NCBI GenBank assembly: GCA_003614675.1
Contig: ML002408.1
Location: 1-33,294, forward strand
Length of the DNA stretch: 33,294 bases
Reading direction: 5' to 3'
From: Dimargaris cristalligena
Lineage: Eukaryota
The notes beneath the pieces are model-generated. The model saw only the letters and a program-made list of their open reading frames with translations. It was not told where the DNA came from and ran no database searches. Shown in pieces: positions 1 through 13,481 of the stretch. A program made the position numbers and the translations under genes. Numbering within the stretch: position 1 is the first letter of the stretch; every line of letters starts with the position of its first letter.

Positions 1-60
1 TTATTATCTATCTTTTCAAATAAAGTTCAGTTTTCAAGGATTTGATTTCAGTTCTTTACA
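1..60 (+). mobile_element. Possible 3' end of a second LTR-like element nested into the LTR at 61-210
   Basis: CpG-free, contains AATAAA (19-24) and ends in ...CTTTACA (LTR-type CA terminus) where homology of the following sequence to the 31-32 kb LTR family begins. Only 60 bp are visible. Confidence 0.3.
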
Positions 61-210
61 CCTTGCATTAGCCTGCACTCACCCTTTATTAGTTAGTACC
101 ATGCCCCTCCCTAATACTAGTAGCCTGCTTAGCTGAGCCTAAGCCCACCTACCATTAGAAGCCTATCCCCAGGACTCTTGATGGACTAAGAGTGGGTAAC
201 CTGGGTGACA
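61..210 (+). mobile_element. LTR-like repeat, copy 1 (3' portion only)
   Basis: Aligns by eye with ~31550-31701 and ~32626-32778 (shared blocks such as ATACTAGTAGCC, CCTACCATTAGAAGCCTATCC, GGACTAAGAGT). Ends GGGTGACA. Confidence 0.8.
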
Positions 211-1650
211 TAAATCTCCCTTTAATGATAAAAAATTGGCATTCCTACCATATTCACCATTTATTCTTTCTTTGGGAGATGCCTATAGTATAAGCAATAA
301 GAATAGGAAAACCCCCTGCAACAACAACTGATAGTGGTGAGCAAGTCAGGTTTCCACAATGAAATTGAGATATGCAAAATGTATTGTGATGAGGACAACC
401 TAAAGGTGGTTGGTATGGCCTGATATATTTAGAATTCAATACAACTACAGAATTTGTAATGCAATGCCAATGTATAAATGTGGGGTGTATTTACCATTAA
501 CTTGCAACTGAGTCCTTGGTTCTACACATTTGTTGTTGGTTTACCCTGACCATATGCCTGAGACACATATTCTGCTTTTAAACTTAAGGTCAGTATACTC
601 TATATGCCATTAGGAATTTGACCCTAACAGAAAACTCTGATAAAAATACTATTTTGGGCAACACCACTCTGCTACTAGTTGCAAATAATAGCAATTAAAT
701 AAAATACTCTTAAATGATCCGCCATCAAGGTCTTGCATATAACTAACTGTTGTTGATGGGCAGTATGGAGAGGTTGTTGATTTTTGATAATATTAATGAT
801 AACCACATATATGTTGTTATTTGATCAATACATCAAAATAATGTCACCTTTGGGAAGTATCATTACCAACTGAATTCTTTTTTGACTGGTCAAATGCCAA
901 TTCCACCACCACCAGATTGGTCTAAAATGGAGCCTGTAGATGCTATCCCCATCCCCGAGTCTTATGTTATCATAAAATTCTAAACAATAATGCATATTTG
1001 AGTAGTACCAGTAATAGACTGAGTTTATCTGTCTATATATATTTATGTGTGTGTGTGTGTGTGTAAGAGTATAAAGAAGGGATGTACTGGATACTCTAAT
1101 ATCAGCCCAGGATTATAAGGAAAAAATAGATTTGTGGGACATAATGCTTTACTACAAATGTAACATAAAATGCATGCATGAAGTAATTATAATATATTAT
1201 TATGTGGTTTTGTGAATAGGATGAGTGTATGTGGACCAGATTATCAAGTAATCACAATAATTATTCTGACATGGCCGAGTAAATCCCATGGGACTAAGAA
1301 ATGGGTTTGAATGGACTTCATTACAATTTGCCTAATGCTATTATAGATGCAATTAGCCACTGAATCAACACAGCTATCTACCCATACAACTTAAAAATTG
1401 GGCAAAGTTTGGTCTTTTAGAATTCAAAATAAAGACTAAGCTATTGCCGGGTTTTGCAAAGATGTGATTATTAAATAAAGGTTTATTTGGAATGAGCATG
1501 ACCTGTGATGGCTTGTATATTAACCTTGGCAGAGTTCATTGACCAGAATTGGCCGTTGAAAGGGGCTCTGCTGGCCCTAATCGGACTTTAGTATAGTCAT
1601 GCCCCAGATTGCATTAAAGTGGCAGTGCCAGTTCTGATTATAATTTGTTG
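211..1650. repeat. CpG-depleted, AT-rich degenerate repeat or heterochromatic flank
   Basis: Only 6 CpG counted in 1-1650, versus frequent CpG after ~1650. No recognisable TE ORF, so the family is unassigned. Confidence 0.45.
1046..1064. repeat. (TG)9 microsatellite
   Basis: Read directly. Confidence 0.9.
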
Positions 1651-4600
1651 GCGCTTGCTATATCCGACTTACCCCATTTGGCCACTCTCGTGATCAGCTG
1701 AACATTACCTTGACGTGTTTAAATTTTCCAAGGACATAGTCCAAAAGTAATGTCTTCGTCATCAAAACTCAATCGCCCTCAAATTATCAATGGACCATGC
1801 TCACAGTCAAGACTGAACTGCCAAGCACAGAGAAAAATGAAGCCCAGTCTGTAACATCCCACGCAACCCTATAGTGCTATTGCCATGTTCTTACCTAACT
1901 TTTTTACCTAGTGTGGCCATCCTTTTCAAGAAGGTGTTCTTAGAGCCATGGTTTTTATATTATCCCTAGGACCCTCTCTACTAATCTGCGCTCCTCCCTT
2001 TTTGTTGACTGAACCTCCGACCAGGTTTATTTTTGTATGACATTATCACCTGCTTCCTAACGGCGAAGTAATTCCAGTACACACAGTTTCCAGCCTTTTT
2101 AAGACAGAAATGCTACAACCTAGCTTCCACAGGCTTGGCATACAAAGTCAAGGAAACATACTGGTAAAGTTTCGCATTAGTATTTGTTTAGATCCGCCGT
2201 CTACTGAGCGAGAAATCGGCCATGGCGTACTAGTCGGCACCATGGCCTTTGATGTTATATCTGCTCCGACAAAAAATATTAGGCTAACGGATCCCATTCT
2301 ACTAACTAAATGACCTATATGACCCATGCATTCTACCCTAGGTCGGGCGGTTAACTGATTAATGCGATACTACTTCTTACCAGTAAATCCAAATAAATGG
2401 TGATCCCTTCCTAAAGTGCCTGAGCGATTACCTCTTTTTAACTATCCGCTCATGCAGTCCAGTATAAATCAGGAGGAGGGAAAATCACACTTTGCCAACT
2501 TTAAGTATCGCACTGGTATTTGCCTGTCCCGACTAGGCATTCTATGTACCAAAATAACACAATACAAGTGATATAACCCCACTTTAGAGACCTTGGGTCA
2601 TTTATGTAATTATGCACCCTAGTGTAGCTGTATGTACCGAGGCAGTTTTGTGGAGAAAAAAGGCAGCCAGCAGCATATTCCTTTGGTGATCGCTTAGTGC
2701 CTGGCGCACTTGATCAACGCTTCAATCAGTAAATATATTAACCAGGGCGGTACTACCTGCCTTTTAACTGAACATCTGAAACATAGTGTTTCCGGGGCCG
2801 AGCTTTCGTAATACACCAAGGTAGGTTTGATCCCCACACTCCCTCATCCGCTCTAACATTCAGCTTACTCCCTATTGTATAGTAGCCGGCATTTTTGGCC
2901 TGAAGTACAGTACATGTAGCAAGAGAGATGGCCGATGGCTCTGAAACGCGTTATGGCTATGAATGCCCATAGTTAAGAGCAGCCTTTACAGTCGGAATGA
3001 CCTTTAAGAGTTCACATACTAAATCCAACTCTTGGGATGGACAGGCGGTAGCGATCATTCTAAAGCACGGCATTTCCAATGTTAGATACTAGATATTATT
3101 GTGAACCAGGGATCGACGCTCTACTAGTCGGAAACATAGGTTCCGAGCGGAACACTTTAGCCGAAGTGACAATAGAGGTCAAACAATACCTAGCCAACCC
3201 ATCGTACTGGCCCCCTCTTCCACATCATTACAGTCTACTTGGGTTCTTTAAAGTACCAAATACACCCATCCATCCACATTTAAGCAAACCCATGTTCCAT
3301 CTTCGACTCCGCCGGGGTAATCCCACTAAAATGGTCGACGATAGCAACAACACTAAGAACTAGCGCACTTTCCATTTATGGGTTTCATGACAATCACCCT
3401 TAGGCGACCTAACTTAAGCCCCACATCGTAGTTCATTAAAGGAGACGACGACCCAGCGGCCCGTTTACCTAAACAGTGACCTGGGCTTTAGTCCATGGCT
3501 CCAGTGGCCATTTCTCAGATAGCGTCCCCCGGTTAAGAAAAATTAGTCACCTCGATTTCCAAGATTGTTGTTGTGAGGGCAACATTATAGATCCGTTGTT
3601 GATCCTAAGTTATGGGATATTCCAAAATTAGCCGCCTGGGTTCCTAAACTATCGGCCAATTGTATGCCCTGCATTTTGACTGAGGCCAGTTCAGCTGACC
3701 CATGGGGCTACTCAAGATGGCACACCAACGAGCACCTCAGATACATGGATATGGGACACTGCGAAGGTCTTGTAAGTTGGCGAATGCGACGTCCCAGTCA
3801 TATTAACGGCAATATTTATCCTCACAGAGCTCTATGCGGGAGTAGCAATCCCAATATTATCTTAGAGCACCAAGCGCTCATGGTGGGTAGAAAAAAAAAG
3901 AGAGAAAAGGCGGATACGGCATTAAGAGTATAGGGAATGGCCTACATGAATAACCTTCGGAACACTGGCTAATGACTTGCCGGTAGCTGGACTTATTGTA
4001 GTCGCGAGGATAAACATGTGCTAACAACAACATCCGACACCTTTTGGTATAATACTATTAGCCAAGACCAGCCAGCTCTTGGTTTATTTATCGACACGTA
4101 GCGTCAGTCTTCCGTTCTGATATTATGTAAGTGGCGCTATTTTTACTGTGTCAAATATGTGATTTCCTCTTTAAGCACCTTCTCTGGGCAGGGTTTAGTG
4201 ACGAACGGGGTACAGAAAAGCTTGCTATGTAAAATACACCACTGAAAAATCGACGATTAGATTAAAAGATGGTCACTTACCAGCCTCCGAAAACCCTAGT
4301 ACCCTTCTACCCAAGGATGAGCTTGGGTGTGGGCGATTCACCACCCACCCTCAGCGACCCCTCTAATCGACCAGGGACCCGTGGGGATTTTCCTGCACTC
4401 TAATTACTCAAAGGCGTTAAATAGGGGGAATCAATTGACCCTGAACAAGTTTAATTCTTAGGACAATCCATCCCGATTTTCTAAACTGTTATGAGTTACC
4501 CACCAACCGATGCGCATTTCGTTTCACATTAGACGGAACTCCATGCCCTCCACCCAGACGTTTCTCCCCTTAAAGGTAATTACAAGGCCGAGTGGTAATA

Positions 4601-7600
4601 TATTATAAGGACCAACATTCATTCATTTATTTATTTTAAACAAAAAACCACCACCAACCCTAGCTCGTAATGTAAACCCCCATCCGATACCAGGCAATTA
4701 GATTTCTACAGCCCTTAAATGTGTCTATCCCGGTAAGCCAATGGTACATTTGGGACTCTAATTATATTAATTGTTTATCAGTACATCCATTCAACCACAT
4801 GCCTCGTTGGATAAAAAAACGGGGGCAGTTTGTAGTTAGGCTGGATATATTATCGACGTCGTTGACTCCCATACGCCCATGGTGAAGCCAGGACTTGAGA
4901 AAGGGTAGGCCCTCTGGTCTACACCTGATAAAGATTGCCAGACAACACCAGTTCCGGTAACCAAATTTGGCTAGTATAAATTCAGCTGGTAGTCTGTTTC
5001 AGGTCTAGGTAGTCGCACCACCGTCTTACTTACACATCGTACCCATGGACGACAGAATGTGGTTTTAAATTGGACCTAATTAGAGTCGCCACCAATAAAG
5101 GACGAGTCGAATATGGTCCCATTTCACCAAACGGGACTCACTCTAGTATTTCCCTAACCCCCCCCCCCTTTATTACCAACCCCCTTTATTTTCAATTTTA
5201 AATCACACGGTGCTAGCCCATAAGTGTCTACTTGACCCAAGGCGGCAATTCATATACACACTCACATAAACATTGTCTATGCAGTATCACTTTCGGTGGC
5301 TAATGCCCGCTGGCTGGATAGCTACCTGCTATAGAAATAAATTGAACACTCCGTTCGCGGGAAAAAGGGCAGGGTCGATTACGACGTAGAATCCAATCAG
5401 TCCCCGAGACTAAAATGCCAATCTTCGTTGATTCCCCCGACTACTTTACCGTTTGCCAATGAATCGCCGAAAAGGGAATAATTCAACATAAAGGGTACGG
5501 CTACTGTAGGTGGAGTTGGATAAGGGGGGAAAGGTGTGGCCAAATTTATGGATGGCTACGCCATTCATTAAGCAGTCTGAATTCACAGCTCCGTAAGTCG
5601 TTTTGTTGGATAGGCGAGGAGGGTTATATTGAATTAATGGGAGGTGGGTGTTTGGTATTTGACCAAGTTGGTTATTGGTACCGGCTGTTGATTAATCGTC
5701 AATACTGATTGTCCCACTTTCCCAACCACAGGTATATTTACTCGCCGACAGTGCCGGAGGTCGGTTTGCCGGTGCGAATTTTCCATGATACAGCAACATA
5801 ATCACCATTGGTTGACATGATCTATATTGGTTAAGGTTGTCCCTAAGGTGTTTACGTGATTCACGCTATACAGGTTATTGAGGGGTGTAAAGGGGGAAGG
5901 GATAGGTGAGAATAAGGATTTTACCGATATCCCTGAGTGAATTACTCCCACCATTATCCTGGTTTCTCATATTTGATCATAACCATGATCACTCAGGGTC
6001 TGAGCCTGTTTGGACTACCGAGCTCTCCATCCAGCTGTTAGGGACAGCCACGTCTCTCTTTCTCGGCTTAGTCTGAATAGTTAAAGCACATTTGCAATGT
6101 TTGATTATCCGACGTATCCTCCACCACCTACTCGCACCTTCTATTAATTCGGAACACTCACACACATGCCCTGGCGGCCTGAATAGACCATGTGTAACAT
6201 GGAATAACAACCGCCCCCCTTCTACAACACCTTTAAGGGACACTACCACGTACATTTGGGGAACTCAATACCCCCACCAGTCCAACGCTGGGTCAGCATG
6301 CTGCGTTTCACGTACGTCTTTCATCCCCACGTACGTATTGAACCGCCGCACAGCAGACCGTCCACCCATTTAGATCCGGCATTCCCACCCCATGTATAGC
6401 CCCGGCTCAAGGCGGGTTGTACCTTATTCGGGCGACCGTCTCTAATAATACCAAAGCGGCCCTCCATTATATGGAGCGCGCCTCCCACCCGGGAAAAGGC
6501 GAGGTGGGGGTGGGGGGTTGTCCCAAACCCTGGTCCAGCAGCATAAAAGTCCTCAGACGCAAAACAATACCAAAGATACTGCACCCCCTGTGAGGTATAA
6601 AGATATCGTTTTCGAGGGGGAGGCTGATTGCTGCAGTAGGAAGTACCAGGGAAGCCAACGCAGGGGAATGGGGGAGGGATGCGACCAGTCGCAATTAATG
6701 CAAGGGGACGGATTTGCAGATATAAATAAAATTACGAACACGGATTACAAAGGAACGATTTATCATTGCAACGGGGCTGATCAGACAAGGGGAGGGGGGT
6801 TGCGGCCATAAGTCTTGGGGTGTCGCTAAACAATATACCTTGTAACTAAGGGGTCGCATGGGAGGAATACAAGCAGAGTGCGGTGTAAAGCGGCCAACAA
6901 CCGCCACCTTTGCAAAGTTACAAATCGACCAGGAGGAGGTAAGGTATACAATGCCCCCTATCGGACATTTCGCTAGTCCATTAACCCATGGCCCAGAACA
7001 TGACGGCATTCAAAAAGTGGTTGGACCGGGAATACTCGACGAAACAACCACCACCACCCAACAGCAATCAACCTTATGACACTATATAGCTTTAGAACAC
7101 TAGGCTGACGAATTACCCAATGTATGACCATATTTTTTCCTGAAGCGGGCTGCTGGAAAGACATCAGCCATATCTTTACAGCGTTGGTCCCCTGCATGAT
7201 AAAACATTAAGATAGCAAGGGGTTAATGGCGGGACGGAATAAACGTGAAGGCCATGGAAGAGGCGGGAAATCTAAACCCCAGCCATCCTATCCTACTCTG
7301 GGGCACTCCACAGCAGCCGTCCCTTGGATGAGTCAGCCTCGATCTAGGCCAGGGAGAGAGGGCCCACTTCGCCTGATTCGATCAGCTCTAGATGGAGAGT
7401 GTGTGGGCCAGCGTAATTGAATTCAGTCCACCCAGCGGGGCTCATCCTTAAGACCTATGCTGAATCTGACTGGGTGGGTTCCCGCCACCAGCGCAGTGCC
7501 GGAACTCCCACCGGCACCACACTCCCCTCTTCCCCCTCCCTCCCTCTTTCTCTTGCCGCCGTTTCCTTTCCCTGGCCCTGGTAACCGCCCGATGAACTAG

Positions 7601-7780
7601 CATCCTCCCTGCTTGTTAGGATAAGATATGGGACTTGCACATCTAGTCGTGGCCCAGCCAAAACTGATCTTTCTTCATCAGAGTGTCTACCTTCCCACCA
7701 TTCACCAACGAATTAAGCCACCAGCCAACCATAAATGACCGTCGTCACAGCCCTCACTCACTTACTCACTCATTCATACA

Positions 7781-7796
7781 TATATATATATATATA
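7781..7796. repeat. (TA)8 microsatellite preceded by degenerate CACT repeats
   Basis: Read directly: ctcactcacttactcactcattcataca followed by (TA)8. Confidence 0.9.
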
Positions 7797-10700
7797 CCCA
7801 ATACATGTTATAATAAGTGGTTCACACCTTGATGCATCGACATACACTGCGGACTCGATTCTAGATCCTCTTATAGTAATGGTCCCCAGATGCAACCCAA
7901 AGGATCGCCCAGGAATAGTAGTGTGGACCATTCAGTGCCTGACCAAGGTTAGGGGAAAAGAGGGGAACCACTGAGCTCCCATCTGTATCCATTGAGCTTT
8001 CCCAATGCAGTGGCTCGGCGGTGGCGGCTACCCGGCTGAAGCAGGCCGCGTTACCACAGCAGCAGCCCCCCCCCCACTGGCCCGCTGGCCTTTTCCGGGT
8101 CCAACGGGAAAGAGAAAGAGAGAACGAGAGAGAGCACTTTCTCCCATTGTCGTCTTATTTAGGATTTATCAGCCAACGGAAATGCAGTAAACAATATCTC
8201 GAAAAATGAGTGGTGGCTGGTAGCCCTGGTTCATCGCCAGTCTGTTGATACCCAATGGTTCATGTACACAAAGTAGTAACCAACGTAAACAAGGACCCAC
8301 AGTGTTGTTTGTAGACACAACAGAAGTTGGTGTAATGGGCCATGGGCGCGAGTACGAATCCCCTCCCCTGCAACCTTTCGCCACCTTTGTTGTTGTGAAT
8401 TATTATGTATTGAAAAGGCCTCCAAATGTGGCCAATTATGGGCCAGCAGCTCACACTATGCAGGAATGGCATGGATCATTCATTTATTGGGATCCAAAGG
8501 TTTTCATTGGGCGATTCTAGGCCAAACTTAGTCGCCCAATATTGTTCGCTTTCTCGGAAACCGAAGACACCCCCCAGTCGAAACCTGAGGCCATCAACAC
8601 ATTATTATTAGCATCACCATTATGACGCGGCCGTTCCTGAGCTAAGGCGGCTTACTGCAAGTCCCTCCGGCTCGTGGACCGTGGGTTGCACACCATTGAC
8701 CGATTGGTAATGCGAGGTTATATATTGGCAAGACACAAGTCCCACTTGCCTAATCTAATCCCCATTTAATGGGGGCCATCTCTACTATCCCAACCCTTTT
8801 TATCCGCCAACCTTTACCTGAATGCCGGTAGGATATCTAAATCAGCCAATAGTACTGGCCACGTAGTTGACCTAGAGGGTGGACCCCAAAATCAACTATT
8901 TTAAAAACAATACAATTGGGAACGTCCATTGTTAAACAAAAAAGAAAAGGACATCATTTATTCACTGGCCACAGCCTATCCAAGCGCGATGGTTCATTAC
9001 AGCTCATGAAAAACCATTTGCTACTTAGAATTACACAGTGCCCTCCCAGCTTTTTTTCATATGCAATGGCGCTGTCCCTCGATGGCGGCGATCCTTTACC
9101 GATCACATTCACTACTTGCTTATATTTTTTGGGACTATATACACGAACAAGGTTTATTCGCAGGGCAGGTGTGAAACTAAAAGAGAAAAGAGTAGTGTCA
9201 AACCGACATGAATTAACCTGGGCTGGTTAGTATAGACGGGTCTGCCAAGATTCATGGGAAATATAAGCAGCCATTCAATCTCCACAGCAGTACCTCTTTG
9301 GTGGCCCACCAGGTCTGACTGCCAATCACTTTGGTTACACTAAAACCCCCGAACTAACCAATCAATAGGAGCAACTCGAGGGAATTATAACCCTCTAACC
9401 GTGGCGGGGGAACGTAAGGATACCCCCTTCCACTTGCTAACGTAACGGCGGGCCACCCGGCGATTGGTGCGGGCGACGCGGAACAAAAAGAGAAAAACGC
9501 CAACCCGCATCGTTCCGCCCATCTGCCTCTATAATTCACGGCACTGATCTACCCCAGCGTCTGCCAATTCTATTCAACTCAATTCAAATCCAGCCGCCAG
9601 TTGACCTTCTCCGCCCTGTTTAGCCGAGTTTGGTCCCAATGTGGGCAAAGAAGCGTATAAGGAAGTTTGCCATCAGAGCGGGCTAAGAATCCGGTTGGAT
9701 CCCTCCCTCCTTCCCTCGGGTCTTATCTATTAAATGCCCCTGGTCTACCCGTTTGGATAGCCGTCATAATTTTAGATCACCACTCTAAAAAAATGGCATA
9801 TGGTCGGCGCTATACCGACTCGGAGGCTTAATCTATGAGAAATTCCGTACTATGAGCCTACCACCGAGGTGGTGTATAATAGGATAACCCGGACAATAAA
9901 CAAAATCAAACTCCGGTGGTGATGGACCTTTCATCGGATTGGCGCTGAATTTGGGACCAAGTCTTAGTCTTTACCTACCCTGGCTGATTCCGAAAGCCCC
10001 ATATAGGAGACCAGTTGTTTTAATGACCTACCCCCCCCATACATACACACCTCTATATACGGTGTATGGGTGGGTGGATATCAGTAGTGCTGCAATACGT
10101 GCTCTTTTACCTATATTCAAGGGGATTAAATGGCAGTTCCCATGGTGGGTTCCGGGCTCACACGGGAGTTTGAATTTCTGTCACATTGCACTCTTAAACT
10201 CCATTAGCTACATTGGTAAACAAACGAGGACATCGTTTACTAATAAATGATGATTTCACCTAATCGGCCTCTCGTAGGCGGTTGGGGGAAAAGAAGGACA
10301 AACATAATGGAAAAATATATATATGCCAAAGGATGTTTGATTGGGATTGTGATTAGGAAAAATGAAGTTCAAGTGGATAAGAGGGGAGTGATTTGTATAC
10401 TACTGAAATGCCAGGCCTTCAACAATGCGATATTTAGGTTATCCGGCAATCCTTTGGGCTGCAATCAAGTTTCATGACTAAATAGCCCCCCCCACCGACC
10501 TACAACTATCCATGTCTCTTGGAAAACATTTCCAAACCGCATGTCCTATTCAGGGCTGAAATGGATAAGTTGAAGGATCTAAGGACCATGGAGGTTATAT
10601 GAAGAAGTCCTTAACCGACCCTTTCCCGTTCCAAGTCGGTTATTTTTAGCCGACCATCTAAGTGATTGGTAATTAGTCATGATAATGGGCTTTTCCCAAT

Positions 10701-11727
10701 GTGTATTATTATAATAGAATAGCCCCTTGGCGTTATAGGCCAGTGGCTCTCCGTTTCAATTATTTAGCGAGTCGAAATGTACGTCTGATGCATTCGTGGT
10801 GCGTGTTTTTTTTCTTTTTTTTTGGGGGGGGGGGAGCAGTGCTACTAGGTGGCCCAGGGGTATCCTTCAGTCCAAACCCACTCTCCTGGGTTTTGTTCCA
10901 CATATTCAAGGGTGGTGTATCGTTGTATCTCCAGATGCCTGGTGGACGTATATAGCAGCCAGTCGTAGTAGAATAATGCTATTATGTTGAATCATTTGGA
11001 GTTTCCTAGTGGTGGAGGAGGAGTGGTGCTATGCAATTTTACATTGTCTTTTTGATTTTGTACAACGGTCGTCAATTGGTTATGTATAGGTTAAGGAGTG
11101 TGCTACCATCATCCCTCCTATGAAAATGTTCGCTGCTATTTCCCTTGCGAATGTGGACTCCGCCAACAGCTGTCAGTAGGACTGGTATTATTCGCCCAGG
11201 CAATTATGTAGTTACACAAACGCGTTCGACGCGATTGGGGACCAAGCGGAGGTTTAAAATTCTACATTGATCAGTCCTTTCTCTATGGGCTGCGGGTAGA
11301 GTTGTACGCCCATTGTAAAAAAATACAATGGGGTTTTTTGGTCTCTAACGAAATTAGGAACAAAGGTGTAGAGAGGGGCAGTCTAAATTTGGCATGAGGG
11401 CCGCACGGGTTGGTAATTTTGATCAATCACCCAACTACCGAATTTGGAATGTGGGGGGGGGGGGTGCTTAATCCATTTTACTATATGGGTGGTCTAGCCC
11501 TATCTAATATGAAAAAAAATGGGGTAATAATTCGAAGTACCTTAAATCAAAATGTGGGTTACAGCTCCTAGCGATGGCTCCGGATCTAATGTAATGGAGG
11601 GTGGGCCTACCTCGCCATTCTTTTATTCATTTATACCGCGCAGGGGTATAGTATAATCTGAAAGGTACTTATTCAACAGTTCTCCAGAAGAATTCAATAT
11701 GGGAATGATAAGAAATGCGGTTTCTTA

Positions 11728-11733
11728 TTTATT
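11728..11733 (-). terminator. Candidate polyadenylation signal (AATAAA) of the C2H2 gene; alternative at 11622-11627
   Basis: TTTATT on + strand. It lies near the end of the pyrimidine-rich (sense) stretch running from the stop codon to ~11700, giving a 3' UTR of ~0.7-0.8 kb. Confidence 0.45.
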
Positions 11734-12405
11734 TTAATGATGGTCAAAAATATTAGGCCAAGAGTCGCTGTATAGGCAAGAGTGTTGTGTGTGTGTATTC
11801 TACAGTTAATAGGTGAGAGCGGAATGATCATGAGTGAAGCCAGAGGGAGTATTGACATTTTTCACTGGAATGGTGGGGGAATGGACACCCGCCCGGACGT
11901 CCATTGGAAGAATGGCAGAGATATCCAGCGGGCGAGTCTCGGAATAATTGGACAAGTTAAGAAATCATTTCCTGAAATTATAAACATCTGGGAAAGAATA
12001 AAGAAAGGTCATGGTGAAAAAATAGTATAGAATAGGTGGGACACTCGACCAACCATGAATAGCCCGTCAACAAAGCGGCGTAAGGATCAATGACAAACGA
12101 CTCAAGGCGGACGAGACAAAAGAAAACACAAATGGTACAGAATGGTGGATGGGGTATGAAAATGATATTTGGATGGAAACTGACAATGATGGTATGGGGA
12201 TGTGAAAGGTGGGAGGGGGAGACAATGCGAGGATGGAATGAATAGGATCCGCGGCGAAGATGGCGAGAGATCACAATCAAGAAAAGTCGGTGGTTTGGTC
12301 AAACGAGATGGGTACCAGTCCCAAGACAAGACCAAAATGGTGGCCATTCAGGAGCGAACACCTCTTAGCCGACATTCACAGCAGTTAGAGATGGGGCTGA
12401 CGCGC

Positions 12406-13278
12406 TTAATTGGCGTAGGCATTGCTAAGGGGACCGTAGCCGGAGTACGAGTGGGTGCGGTAGCGGTTGTGAGTGTGGGGCATCGAGGGGCTCTCGGGTA
12501 CGCTGTAGGGCGACATCATGGGCCGGGAACCCATGTAGTGAGGGGAATGCGGGGAGTAGGGGAAGCAGGGGGCGTGGACCTCCATGGCGGCTTGACTTAG
12601 GCCTAGGCGACGCTTATTACTCCGGGAACGGACATTGGTGTGGGTGCGAAGGTGCTGCATCATATTGTCCTGGCGCGAGAAGCGCGAGTTGCAGCCGGGG
12701 AAAGAGCAGGGGAAGTTCTTCTCACCAGTGTGAACGCGGTAGTGCCGCGACAGATGGCCGCTGGTGGTGAATTTCCGGCCACAGCCCTCAAACTGACAGG
12801 TGTGACGGCGGGGTGTGTCCTTCTGCTGGCCGACTGAGACGCCTTCAAACAAATCGGCGGACGAGGACTTGGGGCTCGACGGGGCGGTGGAGCAGGGGGT
12901 GATGGGGGACAGGTAGAATTGGTTAGAGCTGACCTGGTTGGAGGGAGTGATGGGAGTGGCGGGAGGGGTCAACTGGGTGGTGGTGAAGCCCAGGTGGCTG
13001 GCGATGGTGTCGAGACTGGGGAGGCGCAGGCCGTGGGGGGCCTCGGTGTGGTGGACCTTCAGGGAAGGGAAGAAGGGAAGCTCCGGGGGAGGAGTGGCAC
13101 AGGGGGTGTCATCGTCATCGGAGTGACTTCCCTGGCGGGGACTCCGGGGGGAAGCGGGGAGCTCGTCGTTCAGGAGGCTGACGACGGAGCCATCGGCGTT
13201 GCGAACGAAAAAACTGGAGTCGCAGGCAGCGGTATCCAGAGTGATCTGTTCCTTGCGGGCAAGAGCCATGCTGTACAT
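12406..13278 (-). CDS. NRG1: Nrg1-family C2H2 zinc-finger transcription factor (probable repressor), 290 aa, intronless
   Basis: Two tandem C2H2 fingers at aa 159-213 (nt ~12640-12804): CQFEGC..FTTSGHLSRHYRVH-TGEKNF-PCSFPGC..FSRQDNMMQHLRTH. The FTTSGHLxRH / TGEKN / FSRxDN signature matches yeast Nrg1/Nrg2. Basic RSRSNKRR follows the fingers (NLS-like), flanks are S/T/P-rich, the ORF is GC-rich, and it ends in TAA. The second ATG (13269, AGCATGG) has a stronger start context. The symbol denotes family, not proven orthology. Confidence 0.95.
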   Translation of the reverse strand: MYSMALARKEQITLDTAACDSSFFVRNADGSVVSLLNDELPASPRSPRQGSHSDDDDTPCATPPPELPFFPSLKVHHTEAPHGLRLPSLDTIASHLGFTTTQLTPPATPITPSNQVSSNQFYLSPITPCSTAPSSPKSSSADLFEGVSVGQQKDTPRRHTCQFEGCGRKFTTSGHLSRHYRVHTGEKNFPCSFPGCNSRFSRQDNMMQHLRTHTNVRSRSNKRRLGLSQAAMEVHAPCFPYSPHSPHYMGSRPMMSPYSVPESPSMPHTHNRYRTHSYSGYGPLSNAYAN

Positions 13279-13481
13279 GTTTAATGTGTAGATATGGGGG
13301 GAGTAGGGGATACGAGAAATCGTGGCTAGGTAGGAAGGAAATGGAAGGAGACTGAAAGTTTCGGGTATAGTGTAGATTTAGGAATAGAATAATATATGTA
13401 TATATATGAAGTGAATATATAGAGAGAAGGAGGTGGGGGTACCAAAGAGTAGAGGAGAGGTAATGTGGGAGCGGGGTTGAA

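Noticed and set aside
2821-2837. tRNA T-arm/B-box-like GTAGGTTTGATCCCCAC
   Set aside because: Mismatched stem, non-canonical loop, and no acceptor or D stem at the required spacing.
11309-11339. Hairpin CCCATTGTA-A6-TACAATGGG followed by a T-run, resembling an intrinsic terminator
   Set aside because: Eukaryotic context and no + strand gene upstream; probably chance.
12202-13284. + strand ORFs overlapping the zinc-finger gene
   Set aside because: Antisense shadows of a GC-rich CDS; Gly/Val-rich with no independent support.
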